A stretch of 32,000 nucleotides of DNA from Nanobdellota archaeon (GTDB taxonomy: Archaea; Nanobdellota; Nanobdellia; Nanobdellales; Nanobdellaceae), in contig AP031373.1 in assembly GCA_042850255.1 (NCBI GenBank), positions 360,001-392,000 on the forward strand. Direction: 5' to 3'. Each line of letters starts with the position of its first letter. Position 1 is the first letter of the stretch. The position numbers and the translations under genes were made by a program. The notes under the pieces are model-generated. The model worked only from the letters and a program-made list of their open reading frames with translations. It did not search any database and was not told the DNA's origin. Shown one piece after another: positions 8,707 through 17,182 of the stretch.

Positions 8707-8758
8707 GAATATATTTTTTTATAAAATATTTATATTCTTTTTTAAATATTATTAATTA
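8707..8758. promoter_or_regulatory. 52-nt divergent promoter spacer with a central AT palindromic TATA-like core
   Basis: tttatatt at 8729-8736 is centred about 26 nt from both divergent ATGs (8706 on minus, 8759 on plus). Other TATA-like strings exist in the spacer, so the assignment is tentative. Confidence 0.35.
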
Positions 8759-9958
8759 ATGAAAATTCTATTTCTATCATGGGGCGTCCTTCCTCAAAAG
8801 ACTGGTGGTTTAGAGAAAGCGACATATTATTATTTCAAATATCTCGATGATCTTAATAACGAAGTTTATCTAGTTATTCCAAACCTAACAGAAGATGTAA
8901 AAAATTTTTGGAAAGATAAAACAAAGAAATCCAAGATTTTTGGTTTAAATATGACGACAGTAAAAACTTATATAGATTATTTTAAGTACGAATCCTTTAC
9001 TTTATATAGAAGAAATATTGTGGATTATAGAAAATCAGTATTAGAATATAAAGAAAAAGTTTTAAAATTAATAAAAGAATTAAATCTAGATTTTGATATT
9101 ATTTATGCATATGATTGGTTAACTGCTTTAGCTGGAGTAGAATTAAAAAAAATTTATAAAAAACCTTTAGTTATTCATTTTCATTCTTTAGCATATGATA
9201 GAGTGGGTGCAAATCCTGACTTATTGAAATATTTAATAGATTATGACTATGGGATTGAATTAGAAGCTTGTAAATATTCAGATAAAATTATTACTGTAAG
9301 TAAAAGAGAAAAGGATATATTAGTAAAATATTATAATTGTGATGAAAATAAAATAGATGTTATATATAATGCACCAGATGATGATTTCTCTGTTAGAGAA
9401 AAAATAAAAAATAAAATAAATGAAAAATATAAAATAGTATTATATTTAGGTAGAATGACATTACATAAAGGTCCAGATTATTTATTAAGAGCTGCTAAGA
9501 AAGTATTGGAAAAAAGAAAGGATGTTTTATTTATATTTGCAGGAACTGGAGAAATGTTGGAGAAATTAATAAAAATGGCTGCAGATTTAAATATATCTAA
9601 AAATGTAATATTTACTGGATGGATAGATGATAATCTAACAGAATATTTATATTCTATATCGGATATTTTTGTATTACCATCTGTATCAGAACCATTTGGT
9701 TTAACTCCTTTTGAAGCTTTAAAGTATAAGGATTTTATAATTATATCTAAACAATCTGGGGTTGCAGAAGTATTAAAAAATGCAATTAAAATAGATTTTT
9801 GGGATGTAGATAAATTGGCAAATTATATTTTAGGATTATTAGAATATAAAAAATTAGGAGAATTTGAAGTTAAATTATGTTTAGATGATTTAAAAAATCT
9901 ATCCTGGAAGGATTCTACTATTAAACTCCTCAATATTTTCAATGCTTTGGTTAGATAA
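8759..9958 (+). CDS. GT4/GT5-type glycosyltransferase, archaeal glycogen synthase-like
   Basis: N-terminal MKILFLSW..LPQKTGGLEKA (compare archaeal GS KVGGLAEA). C-terminal GRMTLHKGPDYLL...FAGTGE...PSVSEPFGLTPFEAL (E-x7-E). Located in the glycogen island. Confidence 0.7.
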   Translation: MKILFLSWGVLPQKTGGLEKATYYYFKYLDDLNNEVYLVIPNLTEDVKNFWKDKTKKSKIFGLNMTTVKTYIDYFKYESFTLYRRNIVDYRKSVLEYKEKVLKLIKELNLDFDIIYAYDWLTALAGVELKKIYKKPLVIHFHSLAYDRVGANPDLLKYLIDYDYGIELEACKYSDKIITVSKREKDILVKYYNCDENKIDVIYNAPDDDFSVREKIKNKINEKYKIVLYLGRMTLHKGPDYLLRAAKKVLEKRKDVLFIFAGTGEMLEKLIKMAADLNISKNVIFTGWIDDNLTEYLYSISDIFVLPSVSEPFGLTPFEALKYKDFIIISKQSGVAEVLKNAIKIDFWDVDKLANYILGLLEYKKLGEFEVKLCLDDLKNLSWKDSTIKLLNIFNALVR

Positions 9959-11104
9959 TTCTATATCTTTTAATATATTCATATAAGATATAAACGCATC
10001 ATAAGGAGTAGCAAATGCTTCTTCCCTAAAATATTTATGTACATCTCCGTCTGCATTATATTTTAAACTCATATAATAAAAATTATCGGATGTAGATAGA
10101 TATCTTAATATTTTTAATATATCTTCATTATTTTTATTTTTATAATAAATTTCTTTTAAATAATCTAGAGCTTCTCTTTGTATACTATCTCCCAACCATG
10201 CAGATAGATCTCTTTCTATATCTGCCCAAGATATTAAATTTTCTATACTTAATTCATCTTTAGCTTCAAATTTATTTGCAGCTTCTATTATTTTATATGT
10301 TTCAAAATATCTTTCTTTTCCAATATATTCAAATAATTTATTCCAAAATTCAAATATTCCAGCTTCTTTCCATATATGTTCTCCTATTGTTTCAAAATCC
10401 ATGAATATATTTATTATATCTCCAGGAGTATTTTTTAACCATAAATAATATTTATCTGCAGTTAGCGGATATTCACTCCAATCTTTATTTGTAAATCTAA
10501 ATGCTATGTCATCAGATAGTTTATAATTTCTTAATAGTAGTCTCAAGTTTGTTCCTTTTAATTTATATACATAATTTGGACTTCTCCATCCCAATATTTT
10601 TTCTGTTCCTTCAGTTAATGCAGCTTCAAATCCTAAAGAATATATAATATTTCCTATATCATTATTAAAAACTAATTCGAAATTTCTAAAACTTTTAGAT
10701 TTGTATCCAAATATTTCTTTTATTTTTTTCCTATGTAGCTTTATCTGATTTACAAATTCTTCCTTATCTAATAAATATGAAATAGAATGATAATATGTTT
10801 CTGAAACAATTTCAACATTTCCAGTATCTACCAATCTTTTCCATAAATCTAAAATTTCCGGATGATATAATTCTAATTGTTCTATTAATGTACCAGAAAT
10901 AGAAAATGAAAATTTTAGATCATATTTTGTTATTGCATTGTATATCATTTCTAATGCAGGTCTATAACATTTATTTACTACTCTATCTAATATTTTTTTA
11001 TTTACTTCATCATTGAAATAGTTTTTAGAACCTATATCAAAAAAAGAATAATATCTTATTCTCCTAGGTTGGTGGGCATGGAAATAGAATACTATACCTG
11101 TCAT
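9899..11104 (-). CDS. GH57-family alpha-glucan hydrolase (alpha-amylase-like)
   Basis: FYFHAHQPRR, VEIVSETYYHSI and FMDFETIGEHIW match GH57 conserved regions. The start is set at ATG 11104 (MTGIVFYFHAHQP); the longer ORF to 11179 would overlap the divergent gene. 60-nt convergent overlap with the preceding gene. Confidence 0.75.
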   Translation of the reverse strand: MTGIVFYFHAHQPRRIRYYSFFDIGSKNYFNDEVNKKILDRVVNKCYRPALEMIYNAITKYDLKFSFSISGTLIEQLELYHPEILDLWKRLVDTGNVEIVSETYYHSISYLLDKEEFVNQIKLHRKKIKEIFGYKSKSFRNFELVFNNDIGNIIYSLGFEAALTEGTEKILGWRSPNYVYKLKGTNLRLLLRNYKLSDDIAFRFTNKDWSEYPLTADKYYLWLKNTPGDIINIFMDFETIGEHIWKEAGIFEFWNKLFEYIGKERYFETYKIIEAANKFEAKDELSIENLISWADIERDLSAWLGDSIQREALDYLKEIYYKNKNNEDILKILRYLSTSDNFYYMSLKYNADGDVHKYFREEAFATPYDAFISYMNILKDIELSNQSIENIEEFNSRILPG

Positions 11105-11141
11105 AAATATTTTTTTAAAAAAGAATAATATAAATTTATTT
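11105..11141. promoter_or_regulatory. 37-nt divergent spacer with crossed TATA-like elements
   Basis: T7A6 at 11110-11122 is centred about 26 nt upstream of ATG 11142. aataatataaattta at 11124-11138 is centred about 27 nt upstream of ATG 11104 on the other strand. This implies leaderless mRNAs. Confidence 0.3.
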
Positions 11142-11456
11142 ATGATAGAAGTAAAAAATGAAAAAGAAGCTTTTGTCACTATTGATGGACAAAAATTATA
11201 TAGTCTTCAAGATCTATTAATTTGGTTATATAATACTGATGAAGAAAAGTTTTCATATCATAAAGATCACTTTTATAATTGGATATATAATTCTTTAGAA
11301 GAAAAAGAATTGGCAGAAAAAATAAAAAATGTTAAAAATAAGGAAGAAATGATAAATGTTATAGAAAAATATATAAAAACTTATGAAATTTACGTAAAGA
11401 AAAAATATAATAAGGAAGAGGCAGAAATAGAATTTATAAAAAGATTTGAAATATGA
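11142..11456 (+). CDS. Small soluble protein (104 aa): aromatic/His-rich N-terminal half and Lys/Glu-rich helical tail; unknown function
   Basis: Motif FSYHKDHFYNWIYNSLEEKELAEKI resembles small conserved proteins I recall next to archaeal alpha-glucan genes; the family name is not verifiable here. The stop overlaps the next start (ATGA). Confidence 0.55.
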   Translation: MIEVKNEKEAFVTIDGQKLYSLQDLLIWLYNTDEEKFSYHKDHFYNWIYNSLEEKELAEKIKNVKNKEEMINVIEKYIKTYEIYVKKKYNKEEAEIEFIKRFEI

Positions 11457-12118
11457 TAGTATCATTTATATCTTTAAAAGGTGGAGTTGGGAAAACTACA
11501 TTAGCAAATAATTTGGGTGCATATCTAAAAAGATTTTATAATTATAAAGTATTAATAATAGATACAAATGGTATATATTCTTCTAATTTAATATTTTTAA
11601 AAGATAAAAATATATTTGGAGATAGATTATGGAATGATATAAAAATATTACCATTTTTTCACTTAAGAATATATAATGGATTACCAGAAAATTATGAAGA
11701 AGATATAAAATATTTAAGAAGGATATATGATGTTATAATATTTGATTCTTTTCCAAGTGTTAATATAATAAGTTCCATAGAAAAAGTTTCAGATATAAAT
11801 TTCTTAGTATTAAACCCAGATCTTTATTCTATATATGTAAACAAAAAATTATATGATAATTTAAATAAAGAAAAGGTCAAGATAGTATTAAATAAATATG
11901 ATAAAAGTATTGATATCGACTTTATAGAAGAGGTATTTGGAAAGGACATTTATTCTGTAATTCCATATATTAAAGATTTAAATAATTATCAATTCCAGTA
12001 TTCTCCAGTAGCTTTTTATAAAGAAAGATCAAAAGCATTAAAATACATAGATGAATTAGCATATTTGATAACAGGAAAAAGGAGAAAAACAAGTTTATTA
12101 GATTTTATATTCAGATGA
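11453..12118 (+). CDS. MinD/ParA-family deviant Walker A ATPase
   Basis: SLKGGVGKTTLANNLG (KGGxGKT with signature Lys), LIIDTN, VIIFDSFPS. 221 aa. 4-nt overlaps with both neighbours. Confidence 0.8.
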   Translation: MIVSFISLKGGVGKTTLANNLGAYLKRFYNYKVLIIDTNGIYSSNLIFLKDKNIFGDRLWNDIKILPFFHLRIYNGLPENYEEDIKYLRRIYDVIIFDSFPSVNIISSIEKVSDINFLVLNPDLYSIYVNKKLYDNLNKEKVKIVLNKYDKSIDIDFIEEVFGKDIYSVIPYIKDLNNYQFQYSPVAFYKERSKALKYIDELAYLITGKRRKTSLLDFIFR

Positions 12119-13746
12119 TATTATTAGAAGAATCTTGGGAGGTTTGTAATAAAGTTGGGGGAATATATACAGTTATATCTACAAAAGCTAAATATATAAA
12201 GGAAAAATATGGAGATAATTATTATCTAATAGGACCATATAAAGATAATTCGGAATTTATAGAATTAGAAGAACCAGAGTTTATTAAAAAAATAAATTTA
12301 GAATTAGATGATATAAAAATACATTATGGATATTGGGATATAGAAGGAAAACCAAAAGTATTTTTAGTAGATTTTAAAGAATTTATGGAAAAAGAAAAAA
12401 ATTTATGGAAATATAAATTTTGGGAGTGGTATAAAATAGATTCTTTAAATTCAGATTTTACATTTGATGAACCATTTTCATGGTCTATAGCAGTTGGAAT
12501 ATTTTTAGAAAAATTGCAAAAATATTTTAATGATGTAAAAATATTGCATGCACATGAATGGTTATCTGGTGGAACTATTTTATATATAAAGAGGAAAAAT
12601 TTAGATTATAAGACAGTTTTTACAATACATGGAACTGTAATGGGAAGGGCTATATCTGAAAAAAATGTTAATGTAATTGAAATATTAGATAAAATAGATC
12701 CAGATAAAGATTCTTATAGATTAAATATACATTTTAAGCATCAATTAGAAAAAGCTACAGTTTTGAATTCTGATATTTTTACTACAGTATCTGATAATCT
12801 AAATGAAGAAGCTCAAAAAATATTTGGAAGAAAAGCAGATTATATTACTTATAATTATATTGATATAAAGGAAAAAGAATTATATTATTATTATAATATT
12901 AGTAGAAAATGGATAGATGAATTTTTAACATGGTACTTTTATCCATATTATGATTTACCAGAAGATTATATTTTAATATATACATTAGGAAGATACGAAC
13001 CTTATAATAAAGGTATAGACCTATTTATAGATATACTAAAATATTTGGAAGAAAATAGAATAAATACTATAGCATTTATATTTGTTCCTTATTATTATGA
13101 AGGGATAGAAGATATTATAATAAAATCATACAAAGATTATATTAATTTGAAAGATTATATTGAAGAAAATAAATATAAAATAATAAGGTCTTTATATAAT
13201 AGAGAAAAAGTATTAGATTATTTAGATAGAATAAAAAATAGAAATCCACCTATAGTTACTCATAAAACTAATGAATCTTTTATAATAAATAAATTAAAAT
13301 CGGAAGGATTAATTAATAAAAAAGAAAATTATGTAAAAGTTATATATGCACCAATATATTTAGGAAATGATATAATATTTAATTTAGAGCAAGAATTTTT
13401 GTTACCAGCATTTGATTTTGGAATATTCTTGTCAAGATACGAACCATATGGTTATACACCATTAGAAGCATTAAATAACTTTGTTCCAATAATAATATCA
13501 AATAGAACAGGATTCTATAAAAATTTAGAAAATAAAGGAATAAATCATGATTATATAATACCTGTAGATCCTTATAATATTGATAAAAATATTATAATAA
13601 ACAAGATAAAAGAATATATGAGTTTAGATATTTATAAGAAAATGGAAATTAAAAAGCAAATTTATGAAATATCAAAAAAATTTAGCTGGAAAGATAATAT
13701 TTTTGAATATATTAACATATATAAAAATATTTTAAAAGATCAATAA
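12115..13746 (+). CDS. GT3-family (eukaryote-type) glycogen synthase
   Basis: Collinear with yeast Gsy2 blocks: EESWEVCNKVGGIYTVISTKA / ETATEVANRVGGIYSVLKSKA; HAHEWLSGG / HFHEWLAGV; IFTTVS; GRYEPYNKGIDLFI / GRYEYKNKGADMFI; PPIVTH; YEPYGYTPLEA / YEPWGYTPAEC. Confidence 0.88.
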   Translation: MILLEESWEVCNKVGGIYTVISTKAKYIKEKYGDNYYLIGPYKDNSEFIELEEPEFIKKINLELDDIKIHYGYWDIEGKPKVFLVDFKEFMEKEKNLWKYKFWEWYKIDSLNSDFTFDEPFSWSIAVGIFLEKLQKYFNDVKILHAHEWLSGGTILYIKRKNLDYKTVFTIHGTVMGRAISEKNVNVIEILDKIDPDKDSYRLNIHFKHQLEKATVLNSDIFTTVSDNLNEEAQKIFGRKADYITYNYIDIKEKELYYYYNISRKWIDEFLTWYFYPYYDLPEDYILIYTLGRYEPYNKGIDLFIDILKYLEENRINTIAFIFVPYYYEGIEDIIIKSYKDYINLKDYIEENKYKIIRSLYNREKVLDYLDRIKNRNPPIVTHKTNESFIINKLKSEGLINKKENYVKVIYAPIYLGNDIIFNLEQEFLLPAFDFGIFLSRYEPYGYTPLEALNNFVPIIISNRTGFYKNLENKGINHDYIIPVDPYNIDKNIIINKIKEYMSLDIYKKMEIKKQIYEISKKFSWKDNIFEYINIYKNILKDQ

Positions 13747-13759
13747 ACACAATATCTAT

Positions 13760-14401
13760 ATGGCAACATTTGCAGATTTTATATTAAATTTAATCAATTA
13801 TTCAGGTATAGGAATGATATTTTTATTTATATTTTATTTTGCAGTTTTCTATGCATTATTATTATTCTTATTTAGGTATATGAAAATTAGAGAAGAACAA
13901 AAAGGTGATCAACAGAAAAAACTACCAGGAGTAGATAATATTATTGCATTTTTGATTTCTATATCTGCAGCATTCTTTTTAACTACATTATCTGGATATT
14001 ATTTGTTTACTCAATATTTTTTAGGTTTTGTAGCTGCTACTTTAATTTTATTCTTATTTTTTATAGTTATATCTAATATGTTAACTAATGGTAAATTTTT
14101 CGAATTTATATCAAATCCTCAAAGACAATCTACAGGATCTTCAGCATTTAGATATATACCAATAGTAATAATTGTTATATTAATGGTTTTTGCCTTTGTT
14201 TCTATGTATTATGCATATCAGAGTTATTTTCTATCTATAACATCTGGAGTTGGATTACAAGCTCAAGTATATCAGACAACATTTAATCCTTACATAATAT
14301 TTACAGTTTTTTTCTTTGTAATAGTGGGAATATTTATAATTATTATGGGATCTGGTTCTTCAGGAACTTCTGGAGGTCAACAATCTGGAGGCAAAAAATA
14401 A
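13760..14401 (+). CDS. Multi-pass membrane protein with a Gly/Ser-rich C-terminal tail, unknown function
   Basis: 213-aa ORF with about 5 hydrophobic helices and the tail GSGSSGTSGGQQSGGKK. It starts 13 nt downstream of the GT3 synthase. Confidence 0.55.
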   Translation: MATFADFILNLINYSGIGMIFLFIFYFAVFYALLLFLFRYMKIREEQKGDQQKKLPGVDNIIAFLISISAAFFLTTLSGYYLFTQYFLGFVAATLILFLFFIVISNMLTNGKFFEFISNPQRQSTGSSAFRYIPIVIIVILMVFAFVSMYYAYQSYFLSITSGVGLQAQVYQTTFNPYIIFTVFFFVIVGIFIIIMGSGSSGTSGGQQSGGKK

Positions 14402-15085
14402 TTATTTTCTTACCTCTTCAATAATACAAGAATCTCCGCATAATTTTCCTACATCAGAATAAAATTCTGATAGTAATCCTATTGGAACTTCCAATATAGC
14501 TTCATAATTTTCTCCCCAATTTTCTTTTATAATCTTATATTTACTTTTTAATATTCCAATTATTTTAAATTTTTGTGGATATATAGTTATTTTTATAGTT
14601 TTATATTCAATTTTCAGTGGATATTTCTTTCTTATCTCTTTTATAACTTCCTCTGCTTGTTTTTCTATTGGTTTATTTATATCTACATTATATTTTACCA
14701 TTTCAAACAATTCTTTTGCTCTCTCATATGTTAATGGCATATTATTTTTTGCATCATAAGATATTTTTCTTATATATTCAATTATTTGTTTTTTCTTTTC
14801 TTCTATTAATTCTCTTTTATATTCTGTAGGTAATGGTATTTCAGAATTTTTTATTATTTCCTCTGCAACTTTTAATATATCCGTAGTTCCAAAAACCTTT
14901 TTTAAAGATTCTGTAGATACTCTTTCTCCTTTTTTTGCATCCTTAAATATATCTTCTGTTACTAGAACTTCTCTTATATCCTTTATTTTTCCTTCCTTAA
15001 AATCTAGAGCTTTCCTTAAATATACAATAATCTCAAAATTATATCCTTCTTTTTTATACTTTATTGTTACTTCACTATCCTTCAT
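14402..15085 (-). CDS. SBDS-family ribosome maturation protein
   Basis: KEGYNFEIIV...DIREVLVTEDIFKDAKKGERVSTESLKKVFGTTDILKVAEEIIKNSEIPLPTEYKRELIEEKKKQI matches archaeal SBDS. Conserved position after psmA. Confidence 0.85.
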   Translation of the reverse strand: MKDSEVTIKYKKEGYNFEIIVYLRKALDFKEGKIKDIREVLVTEDIFKDAKKGERVSTESLKKVFGTTDILKVAEEIIKNSEIPLPTEYKRELIEEKKKQIIEYIRKISYDAKNNMPLTYERAKELFEMVKYNVDINKPIEKQAEEVIKEIRKKYPLKIEYKTIKITIYPQKFKIIGILKSKYKIIKENWGENYEAILEVPIGLLSEFYSDVGKLCGDSCIIEEVRK

Positions 15086-15800
15086 AAATCTTCTTTACCT
15101 CATTATTTTCTATAATCTTTATTTTTTCTCCTTTTCTTACATATCCTATTACTACTCTTTCATATGAAAAATTATCCTTTAAATAATCCTTTAATATATC
15201 TATTCCAAACTTTATTGCTTCTTCTAATTCCATTTCTCTATATTTATCCTCTAATATTGGCATTATTTTATCTTCACCTTCCCCTATTGATATTGCTAAG
15301 TATTTATAAAATATTCCAGATGGATCTAATGAATATATTTTTGGTTGACCATCTTTATCTATTCCTCCAATTATTAAAGATACAGCAAATGGTCTAACAC
15401 CACCATATCTTGTATAAGATTGCATTATGTCACTTAATTCTCTTACTAATAATTCTATATCTATCTGTTTTCCATATTGTAATTTATAATTCTGAGATAT
15501 TTCTCTTGCATAATCTATTAAAACTCTACCATCTGGTATAAATCCTGAAAAAGTTCCTAAGATGAAATCATCTATTTCTAATATTTTTTCTACAGAATCA
15601 GAAGATATTAATTTACTAGACCTCTTTTTATCTGCTACTATTACAATTCCGTCTTTTGCTGTAATTCCTATTGCAGTAGAACCTGCTTTTGCAGCTTGTT
15701 TAGCATACTCTACCTGTACTAATTTCCCTTCTGGTGAAAGCATCATCCATGCTCTATCCATAGGTCCCATTTGTCCAAATTCCGTATCCATAAAAATCAT
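15075..15800 (-). CDS. psmA: Proteasome subunit alpha
   Basis: MDRAWMMLSPEGKLVQVEYAKQAAKAGSTAIGI (compare [20 protein letters not shown]). The start could be M1 (15800) or M4 (15791). Confidence 0.92.
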   Translation of the reverse strand: MIFMDTEFGQMGPMDRAWMMLSPEGKLVQVEYAKQAAKAGSTAIGITAKDGIVIVADKKRSSKLISSDSVEKILEIDDFILGTFSGFIPDGRVLIDYAREISQNYKLQYGKQIDIELLVRELSDIMQSYTRYGGVRPFAVSLIIGGIDKDGQPKIYSLDPSGIFYKYLAISIGEGEDKIMPILEDKYREMELEEAIKFGIDILKDYLKDNFSYERVVIGYVRKGEKIKIIENNEVKKIYEG

Positions 15801-15803
15801 AGT

Positions 15804-16082
15804 TCATGATATATTTAAAAATCGTTTTATAGATTTTATAGTTTTAAATATATTTATTGGTTTTATTCTCTGTAAATAAAGTAAAAATATTATTTTATTA
15901 ATATTTTTTTTATTAACGGAAATAACATAAAAATTATTAATTTTTATGATTTCTATATTAGATTTATAAAAATCTATGTATCCAAAAAAATTTATATAAT
16001 CTTCCCTTAACTTATTCTTATCTATATTTTCTACTAATATATATCTTCTTTTTATTTTTAGATTCTTTGGAAGTACTACCAC
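15804..16082 (-). CDS. rnp2: RNase P protein component 2 (Pop5/Rpp14-like), short and divergent
   Basis: LPKNLKIKRRYILVE parallels LPPTLRDKKRYIAFKV of Pyrococcus Pop5, and the C-terminal TIKSIKRF parallels SGTIKRLKRKF. It sits in the conserved position directly upstream of psmA. Confidence 0.6.
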   Translation of the reverse strand: MVVLPKNLKIKRRYILVENIDKNKLREDYINFFGYIDFYKSNIEIIKINNFYVISVNKKNINKIIFLLYLQRIKPINIFKTIKSIKRFLNIS

Positions 16083-17002
16083 TCTTCTGTATTATTTAGC
16101 TTTGCTTCTATATCTTTTAATTTTAATTTATCTAACATTTCTTTATATCTATTTCTTATAGTTACTTCTGTAATACCTGCAACTTCTGCTATATCTTTTT
16201 GAGTCTTTTGAATTCCATGTTTTACGCATGCTAAATATATTGCTGCAGCAGCTACTCCTGCGGGACCTCTTCCAGCAGTTATATCTGCTTCCTTGGCTTT
16301 TTCTACAATTTCTACTGCGGTAGATACTACTTCAGGTGGTAAGTTTAATAATGAAGAAAATCTATGTACATATTCTGTAACATCTATAGGGGTTATCTTT
16401 ATTTTTAATGCTTGTAATAAATGTTTATATGTCCTTCCTAATTCTTTTTTATGTATATTAGATGCTTTTATTATCTCATCTATTGTTCTTGCTACATCAT
16501 GCATTCTACATGCTATATATACACAAGCTGCTACAACAGTTTCTACAGATCTACCTCTAATTAATCCTTTCTCTACAGCTTCTAAATATAATTTTAATGC
16601 TGTTTCTTCAACTTGTTTTGGTAATTGTAAGAATGAAGATATTCTTTTTAATTCTTGTTGAGCTAATTTTAAATTCCTTTCATAAGAACTTGTAGATCTT
16701 TGTTGCCACTTTTTTAATTTTCTGGTTAATGCTACATCTTCTTCTCCAGATTCTACTTTTCCTATTTCAGTAGATAATGCACTTGCTATATTGGAAAACT
16801 TAATAGCACTACCTGTTCTAGATCTTCTTTCTAAATCTTCTGAATTTATTGTTCTATATTCTTTTCCTAAATAAGGTACTTCTTCTATTACGTAACCACA
16901 CTTAGCACATACTAGTTCAGATGTCTTTTCATTGTATATAAATTGTGTATTCCCACATACAGGACATTTTAATTCTTCTACTTTTATCAATTTTTGCACC
17001 AT
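16076..17002 (-). CDS. tfb: Transcription initiation factor B (TFIIB homologue)
   Basis: Zn-ribbon CPVCGNTQFIYNEKTSELVCAKCGYVIEE followed by two cyclin-fold repeats (RGRSVETVVAACVYIACR, TAGRGPAGVAAAAIYLAC). TTTATAA is centred 26 nt upstream of the ATG. Confidence 0.93.
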   Translation of the reverse strand: MVQKLIKVEELKCPVCGNTQFIYNEKTSELVCAKCGYVIEEVPYLGKEYRTINSEDLERRSRTGSAIKFSNIASALSTEIGKVESGEEDVALTRKLKKWQQRSTSSYERNLKLAQQELKRISSFLQLPKQVEETALKLYLEAVEKGLIRGRSVETVVAACVYIACRMHDVARTIDEIIKASNIHKKELGRTYKHLLQALKIKITPIDVTEYVHRFSSLLNLPPEVVSTAVEIVEKAKEADITAGRGPAGVAAAAIYLACVKHGIQKTQKDIAEVAGITEVTIRNRYKEMLDKLKLKDIEAKLNNTEEW

Positions 17003-17182
17003 TATAAATTTTTAAATGTTATCCTTATAAACTTAACTTTTTTAAATATTACTTAGATATGATTTACTGAAAAGATAATAAAACAAATAAACTATATATA
17101 AAGGTAAAATATATTGATAATTAAAATTATTTTTCTTCATTTTAAATAAATTTATAAAAATTTAAATATAAAATTTATAAAC

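Noticed and set aside
9899-9958. 60-nt convergent 3' overlap of the GT4/5 synthase and the GH57 gene, considered as an antisense regulatory device
   Set aside because: Both ends are fixed by stop codons. Similar smaller overlaps (4-15 nt) occur throughout the window, consistent with genome compaction and no special structure.
11105-11179. N-terminal extensions of the track ORFs for GH57 (to 11179) and the DUF4143 ATPase (to 4627), and the TTG 18191 start for Lon
   Set aside because: The extensions encode non-conserved hydrophobic peptides and would overlap divergent genes or promoters. Internal ATGs have TATA-like elements at about -26.
17003-17182. Longest spacer in the window (180 nt) with the 11-mer TTATAAACTTA at 17025 and 17175, and a 32-codon minus-strand mini-ORF (17140-17042)
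   Set aside because: An 11-mer AT-rich repeat is expected by chance at this composition. No C/D, H/ACA or GC-rich structured element is present. The mini-ORF is low complexity. The spacer most simply holds the TFB promoter.
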